Source: a virus (lineage: Duplodnaviria; Caudoviricetes). From it: a DNA stretch of 28,179 nt. A program made the position numbers and the translations under genes. The notes under the pieces were generated by a model. That model was not told where the DNA came from. It did no database searches and saw only the letters and a list, made by a program, of their open reading frames with translations. Positions 1 through 6,584 of this stretch are shown one piece after another (positions within the stretch are counted from its first letter, which is position 1; each line of letters opens with the position of its first letter). The stretch covers positions 1-28,179 of IMG/VR virus record IMGVR_UViG_3300033067_000021; one strand, 5' to 3'.

Positions 1-2
1 AT

Positions 3-407
3 AACGATCTTTGTCCTGATTGGACGTGGGTTGCTTACAAGACGGATTACACTTACAACGGCGTATCGTTCACTCACGTCCCTCATAACGAGGGAGGTAA
101 GGCCATAGGTGGGGCCAATGGAACCGCTAAAGCTCTTAGTATCTATCACAACTCTGTTGTGTATGGGCATACTCACAATCTTGACATTGCTTGCGTTCAC
201 CGTCACAATTCACCTCACCTTAACCAAGCCATCAACGTCGGATGCTTCTTTGAAAATGTTGCGGAGTATGCTCAAGGTAGCGTTACTTCTTACTGGAGAG
301 GTCTGGTTGTACTTAACCATACCGGCTTCAATCGTGTTGACATTTCTACTATTAGTCTTTCCCGTTTGAAAAAGGAATATGGTGATGCGCCGTCGAAGAG
401 TTCTTAA
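3..407 (+). CDS. Calcineurin-like metallophosphoesterase, 5'-truncated by the window edge
   Basis: The frame of ORF 159..407 is open back to nt 3 (NDLCPDWTWVAYKTDYTYNGVSFTHVPHNEGGKAIGG...). It has the F-T-H and VVYGHTH motifs followed by NVGCF and YWRGLVVL, typical of the C-terminal half of phage metallophosphoesterases. Confidence 0.8.
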   Translation, partial: NDLCPDWTWVAYKTDYTYNGVSFTHVPHNEGGKAIGGANGTAKALSIYHNSVVYGHTHNLDIACVHRHNSPHLNQAINVGCFFENVAEYAQGSVTSYWRGLVVLNHTGFNRVDISTISLSRLKKEYGDAPSKSS

Positions 408-678
408 GTACGAAGACGAGAACGGGAATTCGATTGTCTCACCCTATGAGGATCTAGTACGGGAGTTGTGCAACCGTGACCCCGACGAGGTAGTTGATCT
501 CTTGGAACTAACTACGGAGGATCTGGTCTCTAAGTTCCCCTCTCAAACAGCACGCTATCTAGCTCGCATACGTGATAGTGACATTGAGTACGCGTCGAGT
601 CTAGATGATGACGATGAATGTGAGTACACACAGATTATTTCCGAGACACTGGAGGATGACTACAATGGAAGCGCCTGA
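385..678 (+). CDS. Small acidic hypothetical phage protein (97 aa)
   Basis: AAGGA at 372-376 is 8 nt before the ATG at 385 (ATG 379 is an alternative). It overlaps neighbouring genes in operon fashion. About 26 of 97 residues are D/E. Confidence 0.7.
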   Translation: MRRRRVLKYEDENGNSIVSPYEDLVRELCNRDPDEVVDLLELTTEDLVSKFPSQTARYLARIRDSDIEYASSLDDDDECEYTQIISETLEDDYNGSA

Positions 679-1108
679 AAAGACTACGAAGAATGTGGTT
701 TACCGTGACATTGATAAAGTCATGGCTCACGATTCGGTTATGCTAGATCCGTGGAACGTCAACTCCACTGCGTCGTGGCGAGTAACCTCCTCTCTTCAAG
801 AGAAGGTGACTACAGAAGAAGATGGTACTAAGTCCAATCGGTACCGTATGGCCCTTGATGCTGCCTTCCTGCTCTCAGACTGTACCAAGATGGTTCAGCT
901 TGACTTCGGTGGGTGGGGGGGACGTACTACCAAGGAAGCTACCCATGATATGCTGGAGAAGGTGGACCGGCTGGCTGAGAGTGTTGAGACTTTCCGTGCG
1001 GCACTCAAGCACCACCTTGACCAGAAAGAAAGCAAGCTGGTGATTCTTAAGAACGAAGGGCATGATGCCATGATTCCCTCTTCTGAGGTAGAGGAATACG
1101 ACCTGTGA
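665..1108 (+). CDS. Hypothetical protein (147 aa)
   Basis: GGAGG at 651-655 precedes ATG 665. Its stop overlaps the RNR GTG start (GTGA), indicating translational coupling. No family recognised. Confidence 0.7.
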   Translation: MEAPEKTTKNVVYRDIDKVMAHDSVMLDPWNVNSTASWRVTSSLQEKVTTEEDGTKSNRYRMALDAAFLLSDCTKMVQLDFGGWGGRTTKEATHDMLEKVDRLAESVETFRAALKHHLDQKESKLVILKNEGHDAMIPSSEVEEYDL

Positions 1109-2985
1109 GCTTGCCGACACCTTATCAAGAGTACATTGCGGTATCTCGTTATGCACGATATAGTGAGGTATCACGGAGACGTGAGACTTGGGTGGAATCG
1201 GTATTACGCCTATCTGATTATTGGGAAGGTCGTCTTACTAAGACCCAGATGCGTGCGATCCAACCGGCCAGTTTATTTAAAGCTACTGTTGACCTTCAGG
1301 TGATGCCATCAATGCGGTGTTTGATGACAGCGGGAGAAGCCCTTGATAGAGACAATGTGGCAGGTTACAATTGTTCATACCTACCAATTGACTCACCTCG
1401 CGCCTTTGATGAGGTGCTATACATTCTTATGTGCGGGACCGGAGTTGGATTCTCGGTGGAGCGCCAGTATGTTAACCAACTGCCAGTAGTGCCGGAGAAA
1501 TTCTGTGGCTCGGATTGTACAGTTGTGTTCCGGGATTCCAAGATTGGATGGGCTGACGGTTATCGCAAGTTTGTATCTCTGCTCTACTCAGGTATCATAC
1601 CACGATTCGACCTTACAAACATCCGTGCAGCAGGTGCGCGTCTCAAAACCTTCGGAGGGCGGGCATCTGGACCCGCACCTCTCGAAGATCTATTGCACTT
1701 TACAACCAGCATCTTTACAAATGCAGCTGGTCGAAAACTCACGAGCATGGAATGCCATGACATCGTTTGCAAGATCGCAGATATCGTGGTGTGCGGTGGT
1801 GTACGGAGATCGGCACTGCTCTCGTTGTCGAATCTTACGGACGAGCGCATGAGGCACGCTAAGTCCGGTGAATGGTGGGTGTCTAACCCACAACGTGCGT
1901 TGGCTAATAACTCGGTGTGCTATACGGAGAAGCCTGATGTTGGAATCTTTATGCGGGAGTGGCTTTCCCTCTACGAGTCTCGATCCGGAGAGCGTGGAAT
2001 CTTTAGCCGCCCCGCTTCGCAAGCTAAAGCACGAGGGACTGGACGCCGAGACCCTAGCTACGATTTCGGAACAAATCCATGTAGTGAGATTATCCTTCGT
2101 CCTAACCAATTCTGTAACCTCTCCGAAGTGGTCGTTAGACATGGCGATAATGCGAGCGATCTCGAAGAGAAAGTACGCGTTGCTACAGTACTCGGAACAC
2201 TACAAGCAACTCTTACAGACTTTCGATACCTTACATCTCAGTGGAAAAGGAATACTGAAGACGAGCGACTTCTAGGCGTGTCCCTTACGGGCATCTACGA
2301 TAACGAACTCACAAGGAACCCCGGTTGTGGAAGACTACTCCGGCGTCTACGTGATGTTGCCGTGGAAACAAATGAAGCTACGGCAAAAGTTCTGGGCATC
2401 CGTCCTAGTGCTAGCATCACTTGTGTCAAACCTAGCGGCACGGTTTCTCAGCTGGTCAATAGCGCGAGCGGTATCCACCCGCGTTATTCATCCCATTACA
2501 TACGACGAGTCCGACAAGACATTAAGGACCCACTAGCTGCCCATATGATTTCACAAGGGGTACCCTATGAGGTGGATACTTACAACCCGAATGCTTATGT
2601 GTTCTCGTTTCCGGTGGAAAGTCCTAAGGGCGCGGTTCTGCGGGATCAAGTTACCGCCTTGGAACAGCTAGAGTTGTGGGGTGTCTATGCGGAAGACTGG
2701 TGCGAACACAAGCCATCCATCACTGTGTATGTCCGGGAAAATGAGTGGTTCGATGTTGGAGCTTGGACATACTCTCACTTTGATGAAGTGTCAGGTGTAT
2801 CGTTTTTACCCTACGACTCTGGAACTTACCGACAGCCCCCCTACGAGTCTATTACGGAAGGAACTTACGATGTGCTTGTGGAACAATCTCCGAAGGCAAT
2901 TGACTTTACGTCTTTCCAAGAAGACGTAGACAACACTACCTCAAGCCAAGAGCTTGCGTGTACTAATGGCGTGTGTGAACTTTAA
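1105..2985 (+). CDS. nrdJ: Class II (adenosylcobalamin-dependent) ribonucleotide reductase, monomeric RTPR/NrdJ-type
   Basis: 626 aa with YNCSY, GTGVGFS, GGVRRSA, RALANNS, GTNPCSEI (thiyl-radical Cys), FCNLSEV, TCVKPSGTVS, CEHKPSIT and the C-terminal redox pair ELACTNGVCEL. No ATP-cone and no adjacent beta-subunit gene. GAGGA RBS upstream. Confidence 0.93.
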   Translation: MSLPTPYQEYIAVSRYARYSEVSRRRETWVESVLRLSDYWEGRLTKTQMRAIQPASLFKATVDLQVMPSMRCLMTAGEALDRDNVAGYNCSYLPIDSPRAFDEVLYILMCGTGVGFSVERQYVNQLPVVPEKFCGSDCTVVFRDSKIGWADGYRKFVSLLYSGIIPRFDLTNIRAAGARLKTFGGRASGPAPLEDLLHFTTSIFTNAAGRKLTSMECHDIVCKIADIVVCGGVRRSALLSLSNLTDERMRHAKSGEWWVSNPQRALANNSVCYTEKPDVGIFMREWLSLYESRSGERGIFSRPASQAKARGTGRRDPSYDFGTNPCSEIILRPNQFCNLSEVVVRHGDNASDLEEKVRVATVLGTLQATLTDFRYLTSQWKRNTEDERLLGVSLTGIYDNELTRNPGCGRLLRRLRDVAVETNEATAKVLGIRPSASITCVKPSGTVSQLVNSASGIHPRYSSHYIRRVRQDIKDPLAAHMISQGVPYEVDTYNPNAYVFSFPVESPKGAVLRDQVTALEQLELWGVYAEDWCEHKPSITVYVRENEWFDVGAWTYSHFDEVSGVSFLPYDSGTYRQPPYESITEGTYDVLVEQSPKAIDFTSFQEDVDNTTSSQELACTNGVCEL

Positions 2986-2997
2986 AGGATATCTAAC

Positions 2998-3081
2998 ATG
3001 GGTGAACTTCTAATTGTCTTGACACTCTTAGGTGTTGTGTCGGGTATGGCCTTGGCCTTTGCTCTTAAGAACCGGAGGTAA
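2998..3081 (+). CDS. 27-aa single-pass membrane peptide (not in the ORF track)
   Basis: AAGGA RBS, then ATG 2998: MGELLIVLTLLGVVSGMALAFALKNRR*. Hydrophobic helix plus basic tail. It fills the gap between the RNR and the next gene. Confidence 0.65.
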   Translation: MGELLIVLTLLGVVSGMALAFALKNRR

Positions 3082-3088
3082 TAATACC

Positions 3089-3367
3089 ATGAGTTACAGG
3101 CATAGCCTACTGGATTTTACCCGGAAAGCCACACTCAAGAAGCACATTGAGTGGGCCTTGATTGGTGGGCTGACTACCTTCGGATGGCTGGCCCTTTACT
3201 TAGGTGGCGTGATAGGTCTCATGTTACTGGTGGGGTACCTGTGTACCCACTATAGTCCGTGGTTAGTCTTAGCCTTGACAGTTATTGGTCTATTCGGTGT
3301 AGTTGGATGGCACCACCAGCGGTGGAAAGAGCACGACGCTTTGTATTATAAAGTTGATAAGGAGTAA
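3089..3367 (+). CDS. Small membrane protein (92 aa, 2-3 TM helices)
   Basis: GGAGGT RBS before ATG 3089 (MSYRHS...). Long hydrophobic segments WALIGGLTTFGWLALYLGGVIGLMLLVGYL and WLVLALTVIGLFGVVGW. Confidence 0.75.
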   Translation: MSYRHSLLDFTRKATLKKHIEWALIGGLTTFGWLALYLGGVIGLMLLVGYLCTHYSPWLVLALTVIGLFGVVGWHHQRWKEHDALYYKVDKE

Positions 3368-3369
3368 CT

Positions 3370-3777
3370 ATGCGTGTCGGTATCAGTGGTTCTCGGTCCA
3401 TTGTTGATGCGGGATGGGTGTCCAATCATCTCGACGCAATCCTTCCTAGCCTCGCGGACCGCTCAGGTAATGGTATCGTACTTATGGCCGGAGGTGCCGT
3501 GGGCTGTGATACCCTCGTTCAAGGTTACGCGCGAGCCAAAAAGCTCGACCTTGTACTGTTCAAGCCATATCATATGGTGGACCCAAAGACCCCTTATAAC
3601 CCTAAGTTCTTCTTTGCACGCAACAAGCAGATCATCGACAACTCGGACTTCGTAATCATCATGTGGGATGGTAAGTCCTCAGGTACTCGATGGACTATGG
3701 AGTATGCGGAGCGTACCAAGAAGGACAAGATGGTACGGTACCTGTACGAACCCAAGCCCTATGGTATGCCGGAGTAA
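3370..3777 (+). CDS. SLOG-superfamily protein (YspA/DUF2493-like)
   Basis: N-terminal MRVGISGSR, GGAVGCDTL, ARNKQII and WDGKSSGT match the YspA-like SLOG pattern. AAGGAG RBS. Confidence 0.85.
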   Translation: MRVGISGSRSIVDAGWVSNHLDAILPSLADRSGNGIVLMAGGAVGCDTLVQGYARAKKLDLVLFKPYHMVDPKTPYNPKFFFARNKQIIDNSDFVIIMWDGKSSGTRWTMEYAERTKKDKMVRYLYEPKPYGMPE

Positions 3778-3779
3778 CT

Positions 3780-3905
3780 GTGGACGACAAGAAGTTTAAC
3801 GCTAAGCGTGCCAAGAAGAAAGCGTGGAAGACTAAGCCACGCTCGAAACGAGATCCCTTGACGGAGACAAAAAAGCAAAAGATTAGAGAGAAGGCTGGTT
3901 TTTAA
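3780..3905 (+). CDS. 41-aa highly basic peptide
   Basis: GGAG at 3771-3774, GTG at 3780: MDDKKFNAKRAKKKAWKTKPRSKRDPLTETKKQKIREKAGF*. It ends just before the tRNA cluster. Confidence 0.55.
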   Translation: MDDKKFNAKRAKKKAWKTKPRSKRDPLTETKKQKIREKAGF

Positions 3906-3912
3906 TTGACTG

Positions 3913-3987
3913 GCGGGATTGGTATAGAGGTTGTGCCGTAGCCTTCCAAGCTACAGAGGTCGGGTTCGAGTCCCACATCCCGCTCCA
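3913..3987 (+). tRNA. tRNA-Gly (TCC)
   Basis: Acceptor stem GCGGGAT/ATCCCGC, anticodon arm GTAGC-CTTCCAA-GCTAC, TTCGAGT T-loop, encoded CCA. The T-stem carries an apparent 1-nt bulge. Confidence 0.9.
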
Positions 3988-3996
3988 AGTTAACAT

Positions 3997-4072
3997 GCTG
4001 GTGTAGCTCAGACGGTAGAGCACCCGCCTTGTAAGCGGGCGGTCGTGGGTTCGACTCCTACCGCCAGCACCA
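3997..4072 (+). tRNA. tRNA-Thr (TGT)
   Basis: Acceptor GCTGGTG/CGCCAGC, D-arm GCTC...GAGC, anticodon arm CCCGC-CTTGTAA-GCGGG, GGTTCGACTCC, ACCA end. 76 nt. Confidence 0.96.
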
Positions 4073-4079
4073 TCTTTAG

Positions 4080-4153
4080 TCAGGGGTCGTCTAACGGTAG
4101 GACAATAGACTTTGACTCTATGAATCTAGGTTCGAGTCCTAGCCCCTGATCCA
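4080..4153 (+). tRNA. tRNA-Gln (TTG)
   Basis: Acceptor TCAGGGG/CCCCTGA (U1-A72), anticodon arm ATAGA-CTTTGAC-TCTAT, CTAGG-TTCGAGT-CCTAG T-arm, encoded CCA. Confidence 0.93.
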
Positions 4154-4170
4154 TTTAATAAAGGAATCAT

Positions 4171-4353
4171 ATGTTATACGCATGGACTCTAATCATTATT
4201 TTGCACAACAGCAGTGGGTCAAGTGTGGCGATTACAACTGTTACGGACATTTCAAATCTAGAGCAATGCCGGGCAGCAGCTGGTGCAGTTTATCGAAGCA
4301 GTGGAAGCATTGATGTAAGAACTGCTTGTGTGCAGGTACGGCAACGTTCTTAA
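4171..4353 (+). CDS. Small exported or membrane-anchored protein (60 aa, two Cys)
   Basis: AAGGA RBS. Hydrophobic N-terminus MLYAWTLIIIL, then EQCRAA...TACVQ with a possible disulfide. Last gene of the + arm. Confidence 0.7.
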   Translation: MLYAWTLIIILHNSSGSSVAITTVTDISNLEQCRAAAGAVYRSSGSIDVRTACVQVRQRS

Positions 4354-4370
4354 GGACACGTATGACCACC

Positions 4371-4410
4371 ACAAATAAGAAGGCCCGCGTAATGCGGGCC
4401 GTTCGTTATG
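4371..4410. terminator. Rho-independent terminator, probably bidirectional, between the convergent arms
   Basis: Perfect stem GGCCCGC-GTAAT-GCGGGCC (4382-4400). On the - strand it is followed by TTCTTATTTG; on the + strand by the weaker GTTCGTTAT. Confidence 0.85.
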
Positions 4411-4430
4411 TACTAGCTGAAGCCGGGCTG

Positions 4431-4832
4431 TCACGTGTCGGACTGAGTACGCCTCCACATACGGATACCGTAGGTAGCGTAGAAGATAACTTGGACCATA
4501 GCTTGGTACCAGAGGGGAGTAGTAGCGAAAGCGGTGAACCCGGCCGCAACGACGGGAGCTAGCCCCGGTATAAAAGCCATGATAAGGGGGATGCTCACTA
4601 CGATCAGGGTGTACTCATCCTTCCACGAGGACTCCGCTTGTCTAGCAAATTCCATTTCCCAATTCATGTCTGCCGTCAAGCCCGACTTTATCAACTCGAT
4701 ACGGCGATCAAGCATGGCCCGCTCAAGCTCTATCTTAGCTTTAACCGCCTCCGCCTTGATCTCCATTCGGCGTTTGACTATCTCCCCAATCATAGTCACT
4801 GGTCCCGCCAGTATCTTCGTTAGAATACCCAT
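4431..4832 (-). CDS. Holin, 3-TM (GTA_holin_3TM-like)
   Basis: N-terminal amphipathic/coiled segment, then SWKDEYTLIVVSIPLIMAFIP...GFTAF...PLWYQ...YGIR, a pattern typical of this phage holin family. Confidence 0.8.
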   Translation of the reverse strand: MGILTKILAGPVTMIGEIVKRRMEIKAEAVKAKIELERAMLDRRIELIKSGLTADMNWEMEFARQAESSWKDEYTLIVVSIPLIMAFIPGLAPVVAAGFTAFATTPLWYQAMVQVIFYATYGIRMWRRTQSDT

Positions 4833-4836
4833 AGTG

Positions 4837-6141
4837 TTATGTCCATGCTCCTACTGATCCGTCTCCGGATTCACCAATACGTTCAAAGATGATGTACGAT
4901 CCCGCCTTCAACGTGGCTGCGGCTGCCGTCACGAGAGAAATAGACGGGATAATTGTTCCACCAGTCGAGATACGGAAGATGCCACGTCCCTCGGAACGCA
5001 TGGCCGTCTGGGTGGTGGCCGTGACGGCGGATGCGCTAGAGCCGGCGGTCGTTGTCATGCCGCCAGTTATGGAATACGTACCGGCCCCGGCGGCGTTGTT
5101 GTCTACACCATAGTCTAGATGCGTCCACCGATCCGTCGTAGCACTGCCGCCGCCTACTGGATTGATAAGGGCATTGCCGCTTGTGGCCGACATACCCGTG
5201 ACCCACACGAGGTACTCAAACCGGTAGATACCGGTTGGCAGTGTCAGCGTGCCATTGGTTACGCTGTCGAATATCTTCTGGGCAGCGGTCGTAGAGGTCA
5301 GCGTGCGGTCAGCAGCTTGCCTGATCCAGCACACGAGTGGGATCTTGACAGCGCACGCGCCAGAGTTAATGGCTGAATCAAGTACGCCATCATCTGACAC
5401 CGTAGCCGCGCTGTCCTGAATCGTCTTGCCACCCGTACCGTCGAAGCGCGTGATCGCGTTGTCGGTAGCCGACCCCGGGCCGGTAACATCACCACCACCC
5501 GCGATGGTAGCCCACGTCTGGTCACCACGAAGATACGATGAACTGTCCGCTGTACCAGAACCTAGTCTAGCCGTATCAACAGTACCAGACGTAATCTCTG
5601 ACGCGGCGTGGTTGTGTGATGCCGCAGCAGCACCTAGTGTCGTACGCTGAGCCGCCGCGTCGGCGTCATCTACCAGTGCCCTTCCAGCTGCGGTGAACGT
5701 AGCTAAGGCAGCTGTGCCTGCCCCTGTAAAGTACGGTACCCTATCCGCCGCAGAGGTAAGCCCCGCAATAGCCGTAAGCTCAGAGTCAAGAGGCTGCTTT
5801 GCAGCTAGGTCAGAGACAAGGTTCGTAACGTCAGACTGGGCATGACTGTGGGAAGCTGCCGCAAACGAACTAGAAGCCGCTGTAGCGGCCGTTCCCAACC
5901 CTAGGGTAGTCCTCTGTGCAGCCGCGTCTGCATCGTCTAGGAGGGCCTTACCGGCCGTTGTAACGTCCCCGCCCATCTTAGCCGTAGACACAACCCCATT
6001 GTCTATGGTCCACGTAGCTCCGGACCCGGAGACCGTGATATCCCCTTTGTCCCCATCCGAGACACCACCCCCACCGCCGCCACCTACCGCCGCATCGACG
6101 TAGGCTTGGATATCCTCAATTAGCCTAGTTTCTAGGGCCAC
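4837..6141 (-). CDS. Tail fiber-like protein (434 aa)
   Basis: Fiber-shaft motifs DGDKGDITV, KQPLDSELTAIAGL, ADRVPYFTG, SHSH/SHNH, YLRGDQTW and GDVTGPGSATDNAITRFDGTGGKTIQ. Ala/Gly/Thr-rich with a beta-rich C-terminal domain. Confidence 0.8.
   Translation of the reverse strand: MALETRLIEDIQAYVDAAVGGGGGGGVSDGDKGDITVSGSGATWTIDNGVVSTAKMGGDVTTAGKALLDDADAAAQRTTLGLGTAATAASSSFAAASHSHAQSDVTNLVSDLAAKQPLDSELTAIAGLTSAADRVPYFTGAGTAALATFTAAGRALVDDADAAAQRTTLGAAAASHNHAASEITSGTVDTARLGSGTADSSSYLRGDQTWATIAGGGDVTGPGSATDNAITRFDGTGGKTIQDSAATVSDDGVLDSAINSGACAVKIPLVCWIRQAADRTLTSTTAAQKIFDSVTNGTLTLPTGIYRFEYLVWVTGMSATSGNALINPVGGGSATTDRWTHLDYGVDNNAAGAGTYSITGGMTTTAGSSASAVTATTQTAMRSEGRGIFRISTGGTIIPSISLVTAAAATLKAGSYIIFERIGESGDGSVGAWT
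5633..5958 (-). repeat. Internal protein repeat AG(K/R)AL(L/V)DDADAAAQRTTLG, two copies, in the tail fiber
   Basis: Copies at about 5899-5958 and 5633-5692. The peptide is nearly identical but most third codon positions differ. Confidence 0.85.
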
Positions 6142-6584
6142 TCATCCGTCCTCATCATTCGGGAGAGAGTAAGTGCGCGACCCTTGACTTGGGTAGCCCA
6201 CTTACTTTGCATCATGGCATCAGCCGCAGAAGCAAAGCGACCCATTTGGATATGACCCAACGTCGTGCGGAACCCGGCCAAGCCCGCACGGCCGAGATTG
6301 TACCGCATATCCATGAGGACACTCTTGCGTACAGGGCTGAGAGTTTTGTACCAGCCATAATCTTTATCCAGTTCGACATCAATAGTCTCCAGTTCTTTCT
6401 TTAAAAGATATTCAGCCTCGTCCTTAAGAACGCCACGGCCTTGCAGATTCAGTCCGTACCCCACGGTAGGGTACCCCTCGACCACCGATCCGGGGCCAAT
6501 AGGCTTACCCGTAGCATCATCGTAAACGAATTGCCGGTAACCCTCGTGGTCACCGACCAGCTTAATTACTCGGAGGTCCATCAT
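6132..6584 (-). CDS. Phage lysozyme / endolysin (GH24, T4-lysozyme fold)
   Basis: HEGYRQFVYDDATG...GYPTVGYG (E-x8-D...T catalytic arrangement), DMRYNLG, SKWATQVKGRA. ATG at 6584 or 6581. No SAR or signal sequence seen. Confidence 0.92.
   Translation of the reverse strand: MMDLRVIKLVGDHEGYRQFVYDDATGKPIGPGSVVEGYPTVGYGLNLQGRGVLKDEAEYLLKKELETIDVELDKDYGWYKTLSPVRKSVLMDMRYNLGRAGLAGFRTTLGHIQMGRFASAADAMMQSKWATQVKGRALTLSRMMRTDEWP

Noticed and set aside
109-369. 86-aa hydrophobic ORF overlapping the phosphoesterase
   Set aside because: Fully nested in another frame of a gene with clear catalytic motifs, so the hydrophobicity is probably a frame artefact. An AGGAGG-like element (GGGAGGT) does lie about 11 nt upstream, so it is not strictly excluded.
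915-921. G7 run in the 147-aa gene
   Set aside because: Explained by Trp-Gly-Gly codons, not at an evident domain boundary, and short.
1105-2985. Possible intein or intron in the RNR (also checked in TerL)
   Set aside because: Both ORFs are continuous and of normal length, with no intein-like junction motifs seen.
3907-3929. TTGACT...TATAGA as a sigma70 promoter for the tRNAs
   Set aside because: The spacer is far too short and the -10-like hexamer lies inside tRNA-Gly.
4326-4562. 78-aa + strand ORF crossing the terminator
   Set aside because: Runs through the terminator hairpin and into the holin antisense strand.
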